A DNA stretch of 64,000 bases from an uncultured Nitrospinota bacterium. Lineage in GTDB: Bacteria > Tectomicrobia > Entotheonellia > J063 > CAVPRW01. The stretch spans positions 64,001 through 128,000 of the forward strand of contig CAVPRW010000031.1 in NCBI GenBank assembly GCA_963707985.1. The letters run 5' to 3'. The notes under the pieces are model-generated. The model was not told where the DNA came from. It ran no database searches and was given only the letters and a program-made list of their open reading frames with translations. The translations under genes and the position numbers were made by a program. This document shows, in pieces, positions 19,083 through 31,280 of the stretch. Every line of letters starts with the position of its first letter. Positions within the stretch are counted from its first letter, which is position 1.

Positions 19083-20108
19083 CTAAATCTCATAGCGGCC
19101 GTGCACCGCCTGGCTGCCGCCGCTCCAGCCGTGGCAAATGGCGGTGCAGGGTCCCCAGCCCCCGGCGACGATCAACTGCAGGTCCTTCAGGTCCTTGATG
19201 GTCGGGATGAAGCAGTCATCATCGTCAGGGTCTACTTTGATCGGGAAGGCGAGCGCTCGTTCGCGGCGCCAGTTGCCGCCGCTCTTGAGATCACGGACCT
19301 TGCGTCCCGCCTGCGCACACAGGCGCCTATGCACCTCCGCGCGGGTCAAGCCCGCCTTGGCGCAGATTTCGGCGTGCTGCGGCCCCATGGCGATGACCAT
19401 GTCCGAGCGGGTATGCATGTTCCAAGAACCCATGCCGGTCATCCCGTCGGCGATCCCCGTCAACAGCCGGTCCGGTTCCTGGCTGACGTCGTCGAAGCAC
19501 AGGCGCGGACTCTCAACCATCGCGCAGGTGATCACATTGTCGTCCGGTGCATAGCCTTTTGAGACGGCCAAGGACTCCCAAGGGCTGTGCTCGAGGTTCT
19601 CGGTGAGGCACGCCGTATAGCGCATCGGGGTCGCAAAAATCGTTGCCGAAGCGATGCCGGGAATACCGCCTCCGAGGTTCATCATCATGAGCCGTATGGC
19701 GCGCCCAATGGTGGCATTCGCGCGGAAACCAGGGCCGAAGCAGCCGTTTCCACCGTGCAGCCCGATCCGCTGCGCGTATGGGCCGTTGACGATCATGAGG
19801 GGCGCGACGCCGTGCATGGTGCCTTGCACGCCATTGAGATTGAACTCCTCGCGCAGCATCAGGGTGATGCCCCCCAGAACCACTGGCAGATATTCGGGCT
19901 TGCAGCCGGCCATGAGGGCGTGGACGGCGACGGTGCGGACGGTCGCTGGCTCCATGGCCGGCGGTATGTTGCCAATCGGTTCATCCGGATGGTGTCTCGT
20001 CCCCATGAGCATGCGTTGCAGGCGCGCTTCCGTCGGCGTCACGACCGGGAGACCGTCCGACCATTCCTTTTCGAGGAAGAACTCGAATTCGTCGACTGGG
20101 GTGCTCAT
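19083..20108 (-). CDS. Conserved uncharacterised protein (WSDGLPVV.PT family), UGSC-associated
   Basis: WSDGLPVVTPT, AVHALMAGCKPEY, GPGFRANATIGRAIRL; directly upstream of and co-oriented with the UGSC gene. Confidence 0.8.
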   Translation of the reverse strand: MSTPVDEFEFFLEKEWSDGLPVVTPTEARLQRMLMGTRHHPDEPIGNIPPAMEPATVRTVAVHALMAGCKPEYLPVVLGGITLMLREEFNLNGVQGTMHGVAPLMIVNGPYAQRIGLHGGNGCFGPGFRANATIGRAIRLMMMNLGGGIPGIASATIFATPMRYTACLTENLEHSPWESLAVSKGYAPDDNVITCAMVESPRLCFDDVSQEPDRLLTGIADGMTGMGSWNMHTRSDMVIAMGPQHAEICAKAGLTRAEVHRRLCAQAGRKVRDLKSGGNWRRERALAFPIKVDPDDDDCFIPTIKDLKDLQLIVAGGWGPCTAICHGWSGGSQAVHGRYEI

Positions 20109-20129
20109 GGCGGATCTTGCCCTCGCGTC

Positions 20130-20218
20130 GTGCTGCATTGGCGTTGATGTTGGCGGTCTTGATGCCCTTGTCCCGCTTGGCGGTTTCCGCCTGGATGAAG
20201 GCCTGGCATGCCTCGGGT
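20130..20218 (-). pseudogene. C-terminal remnant of a TctC/Bug (TTT) solute-binding protein
   Basis: PEACQAFIQAETAKRDKGIKTANI resembles the Bug C-terminal helix. Confidence 0.45.
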
Positions 20219-20329
20219 CAGTTTGCCACCGACTGCTCACCCAGGCCGAGGTGATCCGAACGATTCTCCGCCATCGAAAGCGCGTGGCCGGCCCGCCACC
20301 GTTCGTGCGATCGCCGAGAGATGCCGGGG

Positions 20330-20740
20330 AGGGCGGGCGTCGGCTCACACCGCTCGATCCGGCGCACGAGGCCCAACACGGCCTCCTGGAGGGGAACCGC
20401 CAGTCCCAGGTCATGCGCCTTACGCACCAATAGTCCGTTCGTGTATTCGATCTCGGTGCGACGTCCCCGCAGCAGATCCTGCGCGACCGAGGGGCGTTCC
20501 CGCTCCGTCACACGGCCGAGCTGCGCCGTCAGGCTCCGGTTGATGGCCATGGCCGATTCCGAGTCACCCTGGGCTGCCGCCATCCACACCCCCGACTCCG
20601 CCCCATAGATCGGTACGAGCGCATAGCCCAGTGATTGGCCGACACGAATGCCCTCGGCGGCCAGCCCGACCATGACCGGTCTCAGGACATCTCCGCCTAA
20701 CAGGGCATGGCTGGTGAGGCCCGTTGCCGCCGGGTAACAC
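20330..20740 (-). pseudogene. Ketopantoate reductase (ApbA/PanE-like) C-terminal fragment
   Basis: RPSVAQDLLRGRRTEIEYTNGLLVRKAHDLGLAVP; 5' part replaced by an IS6 end. Confidence 0.7.
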
Positions 20741-20756
20741 ATTGCTTGATAAAAAG

Positions 20757-21130
20757 GGCATTGTCAACGTATCGACAAGCCTATACAACCTCCGCCTGAT
20801 GTGGCATAGTCATCCCTCAACCAGGGTTCCTTGTGAGAGGAACGCCCTCTCCTCATCTCGATAGGCCCTCTTGGGGCTGCTATGAACGCATCCGCACCAC
20901 TTAACCCATACACACACCATTGCTTTCCGACCGAGATCATCAGCCATGGCGTCTGGCTCGACGACCGCTTCTGCCTGAGCGACCGCGACGTGGAAGAGCT
21001 CCCGTTTGCACGGGAGATCAGTGTGACGTATGAAGCCATCCGAAAGTGGTGCCGGAAATTTGGGCGACAGTGTGCGAATCAGCTGCGTCGCCGGCGCCCC
21101 AGACCTGGTGACACAAGGCACCTGGACGAG
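20757..21130 (+). mobile_element. IS6-family remnant (left IR plus 5' transposase)
   Basis: GGCATTGTCA IR-like start; YTHHCFPTEIISHGVWL..RFCLS.RDVEEL...VTYEAIRKWCRKFG...RRRPRPGD..HLDE, truncated. Confidence 0.85.
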
Positions 21131-21139
21131 CGGTCGGTG

Positions 21140-21297
21140 GCGAGCAGTCCTTCGGTGCCACCTAGGCGGTCGTCATGCGGAATGCCGCCACCCAGGTTAC
21201 CGAGGTGGTCATCCCCCATGCCGGCCACTGGCTCATGGAGGAACAACCCGCCGCGACCATGACCGCCATCCGCACCTTCCCAGACGCCCCGCAGTGA
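21140..21297 (+). pseudogene. alpha/beta-hydrolase C-terminal fragment
   Basis: MRNAATQVTEVVIPHAGHWLMEEQPAATMTAIRTF (catalytic-His region). Confidence 0.55.
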
Positions 21298-21624
21298 CCA
21301 ACTGCGTGGGGAACCGCCAGCACCGTCCCGCATAGGCCTGCCGGTCGGCCTCGTTAAACACTCAGATGCGTGGAGGAATCGACCTGGTGTGTTCGACCGT
21401 CTATGGCTGATGATCATCAGGCCCTCCAGACTCTGAATCACCCAGACTGCACGCGGTCGACCTCGGCAGTCCGCCTCGTAGGCGAGCAGGCCATCCTTGA
21501 GCGTCTCGATCAACCGGAGGCGGTCGCGACAGCGACGGTAGCGTCGCTTCTGAGGGACGCGTGGCCGAATATCACACACCTGATCTTCCGGTGTATCCTG
21601 AAAGAGCTTACTCGAATGTATCGG

Positions 21625-23583
21625 TTATGCCTTCAAGGTGTCCAGGGCTTCTCGCACGTGTCCCAGAAGGGTAGTTGGTGTGAAGGGTTTTTGAAGAAAC
21701 AGGCGGTGCTGCGCGGAAATGCCATAGCGTATAATAATGTCTGGAGCATAGCCCGACATATAAATGACCTGCATTTCCGGCCGTGTGGAGACCAACTGGT
21801 CTGCCACTTCAGGACCACTGAGCCCAGGGAGCACCACATCGGCCAACAACAGGTGGATGGGTCCTCGATGGGCGCGGCTCATTTGCAGGGCTTGTTCACC
21901 GCTAGTCGCCTCTAAGACCCTATATCCCGTGGCATGGAGAACCTGTCCCACCAAATCGCGCACGACCTGTTCATCCTCAACCAGCAGGATCGTTTCATCA
22001 GCATGGGGAGAGGGTTTAGGAGTAGGCTCAACCTTGATCTCTTTGACGGGGGCATCTACACGGGGCAAATGGATGGTGAAGGTAGTGCCGACCTTTGGGG
22101 TACTCTCCACCTGCATGTTGACCACCATTCTGATTGACGATACCATACACGGTGAACAGGCCAAGCCCAGTCCCTTTGCCCGGTTCTTTCGTGGTAAAAA
22201 ACGGTTCGAAGATGTGCGTTTGCGTCTCCGTGTCCATCCCCGAGCCGGTATCGCTTACGATGAGACGGATATATTCACCTGGCGCCATTCCCCCCAGCCG
22301 GCTGGCCAGCGCTGCATCCACCTCCATATTCACGGCTTCGAGGATGAGACGGCCGCCTTGCGGCATCGCGTCCCTGGCATTCACTGCCAGGTTCAGAATG
22401 ACCTGCTCAAGCTGCCCGGAATCGGCGGTCACCTGCCCGAGCTCCGGAGCCACTGAAGCGATCAACTCGATGTCCTCCCCGAGCACGCGTCGCAGGATGG
22501 GGATGATATTGCGAATGATACCTCCGAAATCCAGCACCTGAGACTGGAACGATGGCTTGCGACTGACGGTCATAAGTTGACGTGTGAGTATCGCCCCTTG
22601 CTCGGACACATTTTTGATTTCCTGGACATATCGGCATAGTGTGCGTTGCCGCGTCAGGCGTCTCTGCAACATATCACTATAGCCTGAAATCACTTGCAGC
22701 AAATTGTTGAAGTCATGGGCAATGCCGCCAGCCAATCGTCCGATAGCCTCCATTTTCTGGCTCTGACGTAGGGGCTCATCGAGACGTCTGCGTTCGGTGA
22801 TCTCCTGCCCAGCCCCATAGACTCGTATGACATGTCGCTCGTGGCTGTCACGCACCGGACACGTATAGTCACGGAACCAGCGCTCTTCACCACGCCGTGT
22901 GATGATGCGAAATTCGCTGATGTCGGTTTGCCCCATGAGCCAACGTGGTGGACGCTGCAAGATGATAGACAAATCCTCGGCATGAATGAAGCTGGTCCAG
23001 CCGCCATGGCAAGTAAGCGCTTCAAGCGTATACCCAGTGATAGCCGTAAAGCCCTCATTCACCCATTCACAAACCATGCTCCCGTCAGCGTTGATGTGCA
23101 GGAGATACGCATAATCGGACGTGAGCTCTGAGAGCATGCGATAGCGCTGTTCATCGGCTCTCAGAGCTTCGAGCGTGTGCACATCTTGCTGGCAGCGCTT
23201 GGCTTGCTCTACACTATCTCGGATCGCTTTCAGCAGACGCTGAAGATGCCGCTTCGACACGTAATCATTCAACCCCGCCTTCATCCCGGCGGCAATCGCG
23301 TCCTCGTGACTCGCCGAGCTCACCCAAATGACAGGCGTATGAGGAAAGCGCCGGCGAATCGTCTTGAGCACTCGGAGTCCATCGCTCCACTGGAGCCGAT
23401 ATTCGCTCACCACAACATCGAAGGGATATTGGGCAATAGCCTTGTCCAAATCCTGTTTGCCGGTGATCTCATGCACCACGGCTCCTGGGAATCCTTTCCG
23501 CAGCCGGTGTGCAAGGCGTTTTAGGTCATCGGGATCGTCATCGATGAGCAGAAACTGCAGGGGTGGGGTGTCACACATCATGG
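21625..23583 (-). CDS. Hybrid sensor histidine kinase (REC-PAS-HisKA-HATPase-REC), frameshift near 22120
   Basis: LLIDDD REC, PAS/PAC, GRLAGGIAHDFNN, NLAVNARDAM, DTGSGM, FFTTK, GTGLGL; continues in ORF 21625..22164 with ILLVEDE REC. Confidence 0.88.
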
Positions 23584-23884
23584 GCTCACCTGTTCCCCTC
23601 TGGCAATCTTGCGCCATGAGGGATCGCCGAGGTCCAGGACGAGAATGTGATACAATGATTGACTCCACAGAGATGCGTCTTGCTCTCTCATGAGAAAACA
23701 AATATCCCATCATAACGGCAAAAATTGCAAATAATTTTTAATGAATGAGGTAAATCAAGGCAACGCAAGGTCATCGACATCCCAGAGACCAAATTGTCCT
23801 TGACGCACAAGGAACCAGCAGATGACACAGCCAGATTCACCCGCGTCAAACCGAGATGATCACAGACACGAACGAACGCCAACA

Positions 23885-25579
23885 ATGCACCCGGGTTCCA
23901 TCATCGCTGAGGCCGTGGTCAACTCCGGCCGGTGGCTCTGTAATGTTGTCGCCGGGTTTTCATCTGTCCCTGACTTTGTCCTCCTCCACATCGCGGGCAG
24001 GCTCCCAGAGCACCATGTCCACCCCCAAGGCTGGCGCGGCTGGCTGCAACGTCGCTTTAAACCACCGCGGGAGAGTTTGCAGGTGTGGAGCGAACGCTTG
24101 CAACTGCTGGCCGACGATCCGCAGGTGAAGGGCATCATCGTCACCATAGGCGACCTGCAGGCGGGGCTGCCGGCGCTCGAGAGCCTGCGGCGAAATCTGT
24201 TGGCGTTTCGGACCTCAGGTAAACGTCTGATCGCCTTCCTGGTGACAGCCAACATCTACACCTACTATCTGGCCAGCGCGGCGGATACGCTGATAGCCCC
24301 GGAGAGCGCGGAATTTACCCTCCATGGCCTGCGTACGGAGGCAACATTTGTGCGGGCGGCGTTAGATCAGTTGCATATACGTCCACAGTTCCACCATATC
24401 GCCGAGTATAAATCCGCCGCGAACCGCCTACTCTATGCCTCAATGCCCGAGTCACAGCGCGAGATGCAGACGGCGTTGCTCGAAAGCATGTTTGAGGAGG
24501 TGCTCGGCACTATTGCTCACACCCGCCGGCAGCCGATCGAAACCATCCGGCAGGCCGTTGATCAGGGATTGCTCTCGGCCGCGGAGGCACATGCACGCCA
24601 CTTACTGGACGCCATCGCGTACGACGATGAGCTTTCCTCATCACTGAGCCAAACAGGCAAACCCCTGAGCATCGCTCCCTGGGGACGCGCTCGACAGCGA
24701 ATCAGGCGGCCGTATCATTGGCATTCTCTAGAACGTCATGCCATCGGGATCGTTCAGCTCGTCGGCACCATCGTCCCAGGCGAGAGTCATGACCTGCCGC
24801 TGCCGTTGCCGCTGGTGGGTCAGCAACTGGCTGGTCACGAGACTATCGCGCAAGCGCTGCGACGCGCCGAGTCGTCGTCACGCATCAAGGGAATTGTCTT
24901 CTATGTCGACTCGCCAGGCGGATCGGCAATCGCCTCGGACCTTATCTGGCATGAGGTGAGCCGCGTGCAGCGCAGGAAACCCGTCGTCGTCTGCATGGGC
25001 AACGTAGCCGCCTCAGGCGGCTACTATGTGGCGTGTGGAGCCCAGCATATCGTGGCTGGTGCCACCACCTTAACGGGCTCGATCGGTGTCATCGCCGGGA
25101 AGATCGACTGGCACGGCCTCCTCGAAAAGGCCAGCATCCACCGCGAGATCATCCGCATTGGGGCCACCGCAGCAATGCCTTCGCCCTTCGCCTCCTATTC
25201 CGACCAGGAATGGGAGCTACTACGCCGCTGGATGGATGAAATTTATCAGCGCTTCAAGGCACGGGTCGCAGCGGGAAGGGGACAATCGGTCGAGGCCATC
25301 GAGGAAGTCGCCCGTGGGCGTGTGTGGACCGGTCGCCAGGCACTAAGCCTCGGCCTCATCGACGAGGTCGGGGATATGGCGGTGGCAGTACGCAAAGCCA
25401 AAGAGCTGGCGCAGATTCCGTTGCACGCCGACGTCCCCATCATGATGGTGCGTCCAACCAAAGCTGCGCCCTGGCCGTCTGTGGCGCCAGCCGCGTGGGA
25501 GCCAGCACTGAGGAGCCTGCGGCAACTGTGGACCGAGCATGCCCTGGCGTTGATGCCACCAGAGATGCACGTCTGCTGA
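23885..25579 (+). CDS. sppA: Signal peptide peptidase SppA (long form)
   Basis: YKSA, VDSPGGS, VAASGGYY, TGSIGV, ARGRVWTG in tandem S49 domains. Confidence 0.9.
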   Translation: MHPGSIIAEAVVNSGRWLCNVVAGFSSVPDFVLLHIAGRLPEHHVHPQGWRGWLQRRFKPPRESLQVWSERLQLLADDPQVKGIIVTIGDLQAGLPALESLRRNLLAFRTSGKRLIAFLVTANIYTYYLASAADTLIAPESAEFTLHGLRTEATFVRAALDQLHIRPQFHHIAEYKSAANRLLYASMPESQREMQTALLESMFEEVLGTIAHTRRQPIETIRQAVDQGLLSAAEAHARHLLDAIAYDDELSSSLSQTGKPLSIAPWGRARQRIRRPYHWHSLERHAIGIVQLVGTIVPGESHDLPLPLPLVGQQLAGHETIAQALRRAESSSRIKGIVFYVDSPGGSAIASDLIWHEVSRVQRRKPVVVCMGNVAASGGYYVACGAQHIVAGATTLTGSIGVIAGKIDWHGLLEKASIHREIIRIGATAAMPSPFASYSDQEWELLRRWMDEIYQRFKARVAAGRGQSVEAIEEVARGRVWTGRQALSLGLIDEVGDMAVAVRKAKELAQIPLHADVPIMMVRPTKAAPWPSVAPAAWEPALRSLRQLWTEHALALMPPEMHVC

Positions 25580-25583
25580 TCTG

Positions 25584-28500
25584 TCACTCCAGTGCTAGCA
25601 GCTCCTGACCGTGCAAATGACTCTTGACGGCCCCTAAGGGGCCCGTCTCAATCGGCACTCCCGAGCGGTACACGATGACCTGTTGGGTGAAGGGTGACAG
25701 ACGCGATCCGGGGGTGAGGATGCCAACCAGGTTCAGCGGATCCGCCGCAGCAACGATGGCGGTCTCGGATCCTTTCGACTGCCGACGCACAGCACGCAAC
25801 GCATCGACCGCTTCTGGAAGGGCAAACTGCTCCCCGATGAACCCGGCGACAAACCGTCCACCACGAATTTCCCCGCGCGCCTCCAAGCGACGATAGATCG
25901 GCAGAAGCACGCGCCAGGAAGGCATTGGCAACTCGCGCGCCAGCAATTCACGGAACACCACCCCATAACGGCGCAGCAATTGTCTGGCCATGGTTTCGTC
26001 ACGGAGCCGTGGAGCCTCAGCCGTCGACTGCAGCGTCCATACCGGTCGTAACAGCGACCAGCGCCCCACGGGCATCAATCGCACCGCTGGTCGACCACGG
26101 AGCCACCGCCCTGCCAGCCGTCGCGTCGGATGTCGCTTCAGATCGGGCATCAATAAAGTGCGCAGACCCGCAATACCATCCCCCGTGACCAACCCACAGG
26201 CTACCAGCTCCCACAGCCCGTCTTCGACCTGGATAGGCAAACGACCAGTGCGCTGGGCAAGGTCACTGAGAAACGACGCCCCATACTGCTTGAGGGTTTC
26301 GGCGACTTCACGAGCCGGCTCTGATAACCCAGCGATGACTTCGTCGAAGGTCCGTGAGGCGGGCTGCAGCAGCCAGGAGAGGTGTTCGCGTAGCATGAAT
26401 GCCAGCGGTGCGGCGCGCGTGGGGGCGAGCACACGCCCTGCCGATTTCCTCCGGTCGTGTGCCGGTGGTTGCGGCTCCTCCACCGCCTCCGCCTGCGCCC
26501 GCAGCCCAAGTCGTCCCCAACTCACCTCTCCGGCCAGGCAGAGATCCTCCAGGATGGATGGGTCGTAGCGCCCGATGCGGGCAGGAAAAATGTGGGCTTC
26601 CCAGGCAGGGGCCGGCAATTCAAGCCCCTGAAGCTGGCCGATGATGTGCACGAGCCCGGTCCGTCCATGGAGTTGCGTGCCAGGATGGACATGTTGCCAG
26701 CGCAACAGGAACCGAATGAAGTCGGCCGCCGAGACGGGCTCGATTTCGCGCCGCAAGCGACCGATCGTCAAACGGTGGATGCGAGCCAGCAGCCCACGCT
26801 CACACCATTCCTCCGTCTCGTCTGCCCTGGCCCGGCGTGAACCGCCCGCGTAGAACCGTGCCGTTGGCCTCAAGCGCCAGCATCGCAGCCTCGACACGCC
26901 GCACCGAGAGACCCAAACGCGTCGCCAGCGCCGGTACCGTCGTCGGTCCAAGACATTCCATCCACCCTTGCACGATCATTCGCAGCGCCTCTTCCGCGCT
27001 GAGCTCTTCGTGGGCTCGGCGCCGCAGGGCTGGAGGTTCAATAGCCGGCTGCGACACCATCTCGGCAATAGCGAGTTGCACGAGCGGTAGACGTTCGGCA
27101 GCGACATAAGCTTGACAGGGCAGTGAAGCCCCGTGGAGATGCCACTGAGCCAGGGTCGCACGGCCGTCCTGCACCAGCTCCTGGGCGTACGATTGCCAGA
27201 TACGCGCGGCCTCGACTGGCAAAATGCCGACGCTGAGCAGGACGTCATGGAATTCTTCCACATCTCGGACATCCGGCCAGGCTTGCGCGCACACCTCGTC
27301 GATGGCCGCTTGATCGAGGGCACCGATGCCACCAGCCAGGTCCGGATCGGTGCGTCGCAACGATACTGCCCGGGCACGACGCTCCTCCAGCGGGGCATCA
27401 TCGAGGAAGGCATAGGGGTTCGCGTTAAGGATCTCATGAGTCATCGGCGACGGAAGAGGGGTATCGATCGCCAAAGTGCGAATCCCCCCCTGCTCGATAG
27501 TGGTCAACAGCGCCCGCAGTCCGTCGAGGTCCATGGCCTCATGCAGGCAGTTGGCGATGGTTTCATTGACCAGCGGGTGATCGGGGGGATCAATCGGCCC
27601 GGCATGGTTGTCCTGGCAGCCCAATTGTGCTGGGAAGACCGCGGCTAGCAAATCTTGCGCACGCATGCGCTGGATGGCGACCGGTACCCTCTTGCCCCCT
27701 TGATGGCGCAAAATGGCTAGAGCTCGGCCGCTATTCCAGCGCCAACGATTCTCAAACATTGGGGCCGCCAAAGCTGCCTGAATGAGATCACGCTCCAGGG
27801 TCGTCTCGCGCACCATCGCGAAGACATTCTCGAGTGGAAAACTGTGCTGGGCTCCTAATGATAAGATGATCCCATCGTCAGTGGCGGCGGCCTGAAGCTC
27901 GAAATCGAACGTCAAGCAGAAGCGCTTCCGTAGGGCCATGCCCCAGGCGCGGTTGATACGCCCCCCAAAGGGCGCATGCAGTACCACTTGCATGCCTCCA
28001 GCTTCGTCGAAAAAACGCTCGGCCACCACCACGTGCTGGCTTGGCACCACCCCCAGCACCGCCAGCGTTAACGTCAGATAGGCGACGATTTGCTGGGCGC
28101 CAGCTGAGTCGACACCGGTTTCGCCCTGGAGCCACGACACAGCGGCCGTCGGCTCGGCCAAGCGCGCCGCGACCTCTTGACGCAACTCAGCCACCGCTTG
28201 GGACAGCTCGGCCGTACGCGCGGGAGCCTCGCCAAGCCAAAAAGGAATCGTGGGGGGCGCCCCTTGCGCATCTTCCACACGCACACGTCCGGATTCCACG
28301 CGGCGGATGCGCCAGGAACGGTTGCCGAGCAGGAAAATGTCCCCGGCGAGGCTTTCGACGGCGAAATCTTCGTTGACGGTACCGACAAAAGTCTCCGCCG
28401 GCTCTTCGATGACGTCGTAATCAGCAGTGTCGGGGATCGCCCCGCCACTGGTAATAGCCGCCAACCGCGCTCCACGCCGGGCGTGGATACGAGCATGCAC

Positions 28501-29931
28501 GCGATCCCAGTGGATCAGGGCAGTGCCGCGCCCCCGCCGAGTGCTGACCCCTTCGGCCAGGATTTCTAGAACAGCCTCGAAATCATCCCGCTGTAAGTGC
28601 CGATAGGGATACGCCCCGCGCACCAGCTCCCATAGGGCCGCCTCGGTGATTTCCGTACTGGCAGCGGTGGCTACGATTTGTTGCGCCAGAATGTCGAGCG
28701 GGGCACTTGGCAGCAGCACACGATCTAACACGCCGCGCCGTACGGCCCAGACTGCGGCCGCGCACTGTACCAGTTCATCACGTGTCATGGGGAACAGGAT
28801 GCCCTTGGGAATGCCCCCAACGCCATGACCAGAGCGGCCGACCCGTTGCAACAGGGTCGCCAGGGCACGCGGAGCACCGAGGTGGCAGACCAAATCGACA
28901 TGTCCAATGTCGATGCCAAGCTCCAACGAAGCGGTGGCCACCACCACCGGGAGGGCTCCGCTTTTCAACCCTTCTTCGGCCTCCAGACGCAACTGCCGTG
29001 AGAGACTGCCGTGGTGGGCGGCCACGCGCCCTTCTCCCAGGCGTGTAGTCAGTTGGTGCGCCACGCGCTCTACCAGTCGTCGTGTATTCACGAAGACCAG
29101 CGTGCTGCGGTGCTGCTGCACCAGCGCCATGATACGATCATAGACTTCGCCCCACATTTCATGACTGGCGATCGGACCTAGCTCCTGATCGGGCACTTCG
29201 ATCTGCAGCTCCATGGTGCGGCGGTGTCCCATATCCACGATAGCGCACTGGGGAGAGGCGTCAGGAGCGATATGATCAGTGCCCACGAGGAGGCGAGCGA
29301 TATCATCGATCGGCTTCTGGGTGGCGCTCAGACCGATGCGCTGCAGTCGTCGCCCAGCGAGTGCGTCGAGACGCTGTAGGGATAGCGCCAAATGCGCTCC
29401 GCGCTTATCCCCGGCGATGGCATGGATCTCATCCACAATCACCGTCTCGGCGTGGGCCAGGGCTTGCCGGCTACGCTCGGCCGTGAGCAGAATATACAGG
29501 GACTCGGGTGTAGTGATCAGGATATGCGGCGGTCGGCGCACCATCGCTTGCCGTTCGCGCGCAGGGGTATCGCCAGAACGCACCGCCGTGCGAATGTCAG
29601 GCAGCTTCAGTCCGTCATCGGCCGCACGTCGCAAAATCTCGGCCAGCGGCTGTTGCAAGTTTTTCTGGATATCGTTGCCGAGGGCTTTCAATGGAGAGAC
29701 ATATACAACATAGATGTGGTCGCCGAGGGAGCCCGACAATCCCTGCGTCACCAGGCGATCGATCGACCAGAGAAACGCCGCGAGCGTCTTACCCGAGCCA
29801 GTAGGTGCGGCGATTAACGTATGACCACCTGTGGAGATGTGCTGCCATCCAGAGGCTTGTGGGGGTGTGGGATGCTCAAAACGCTCCCTGAACCAGCGGG
29901 CAACCAACGGGTGGAAAGGAATATTCAGCAT
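25584..29931 (-). CDS. lhr: Lhr-family SF2 helicase, full-length form, frameshift near 26835
   Basis: APTGSGKT, YVSPLKAL, TTPESL, VDEIH, LSAT, HHGSLS, LELGIDIG, QRVGRSGH; C-terminal part EEWCERGLLARIHR...GEIRGGRFV...GEQFALP in the other frame. Confidence 0.9.
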
Positions 29932-30074
29932 AGCAGGCGATGCCTCTCCAACTTCATGATGAGCCCAGCACTGGAGAAATATCTGAGATTCTCGGTCATA
30001 GATTGGTGTGAAGGACATCGTCACTGTAGCATTGGGTTCAACATTTCGCCTATAAAATCTTAGTCACGCCCGAA

Positions 30075-31280
30075 CTAGTGTACACCAGCGGTCATGCGGC
30101 CCACGGAGAAGGTCAAGGTCGTGGACGTACCCCCATCGCGACTCCGATCGACAGTAATCTGCCCGTCAAGATTGTGGAGGACCGTCTGGGCAAACTCCAA
30201 AGCCTGCTGGCTTTCAGGTGTGAGAGCTTGTCTCAGCAGTATTCCAATGCCAGCTTCGTGCTCTATCGTACAGGGTTGGCAAGGGTCATCGGCAAGGCTG
30301 ACCACAACCACCTGTCCTTCAGCTTCGCCCACGGCCGAAGTACGCACGATGAGCCCGCCGCCGGGACGAAGTGTGTCCATGGCGTGTCGAAGCAGACAGA
30401 GGAGAGCGATGCGGAAGTCGGAGGCTCTACCAAGAACCGCCGGCACCGGCTGAAGATCCGCCCTCAGGTCGACAGGAACACGCCGCTGACGGAAACCCTG
30501 AAACCATCTCGACCGGGCGATCTGTAGGCTATCGCTGACTAGTTGATTGATATCAACCAGCACCATACCGCCCTCATGGTCACTACTCATGAAGCCGTGG
30601 ATGTGGCGAATCAATTGGTAGGCCTCAAGGGTCGCGTGCTCGGCCTCCATCAGGTGTCGCAATACACGCTGATCATGAAGATTGTGCAAGAGCATATCGA
30701 CTCGACCGCCAATCACGGCCATCGCATTATTGAGGTCGTGAATAATTCCTGAGACAAAGACATTCAGGAGATGCATCCGCTCCTGCTGAACAGCCAGGTC
30801 TGCGCTGATTGTTGCGGGCCGTCGAGCCTCTTCGCCCGCACACGTGGGCGGGAATTGTAACCGTTCGAGAGTGGATACGGCAAATCGAACTAATAGGTGA
30901 AAAATCGCGGCCTCGAAGCGACTCACGCGTCGGAAGCGTTGTGAGCCGGCCGCAATCATACCCACCATCTTGCCATGGACGCAAAGCGAAGCGGCCAGTG
31001 TGGCGCGATAACCCAGTTTGTGGAGGCGTCGTGCGATGGTGCGTTCTCCATTCACAGAGATCTTCAGACGTTGAAGACGAGCGGCCACCGGTGCTAGAGC
31101 ACCCTCTGTACGATATAAATGTGACTGCCCTCCATTGACAGCCACCCAGACGAAAGCGGCCTCCATGTGGAACATATCTCGTATGTGGGCGAAGAGCGTG
31201 CTGAGCAGCATGTCAACATTGGCACATGTCGTAAAGGCTTCCAGAGCGCCATCGAGATGTTCGAGGTCCTGGAGTCGCAT
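30075..31280 (-). CDS. GAF-like + HisKA protein with degenerate HATPase domain
   Basis: GIIHDLNNAM H-box retained; N, D and G boxes not recognisable. Confidence 0.6.
   Translation of the reverse strand: MRLQDLEHLDGALEAFTTCANVDMLLSTLFAHIRDMFHMEAAFVWVAVNGGQSHLYRTEGALAPVAARLQRLKISVNGERTIARRLHKLGYRATLAASLCVHGKMVGMIAAGSQRFRRVSRFEAAIFHLLVRFAVSTLERLQFPPTCAGEEARRPATISADLAVQQERMHLLNVFVSGIIHDLNNAMAVIGGRVDMLLHNLHDQRVLRHLMEAEHATLEAYQLIRHIHGFMSSDHEGGMVLVDINQLVSDSLQIARSRWFQGFRQRRVPVDLRADLQPVPAVLGRASDFRIALLCLLRHAMDTLRPGGGLIVRTSAVGEAEGQVVVVSLADDPCQPCTIEHEAGIGILLRQALTPESQQALEFAQTVLHNLDGQITVDRSRDGGTSTTLTFSVGRMTAGVH

Noticed and set aside
19083..20414. 443-aa ORF as called, with a long N-terminal extension
   Set aside because: The first ~100 codons are off-frame readings of unrelated gene remnants; the real start is likely ATG 20108
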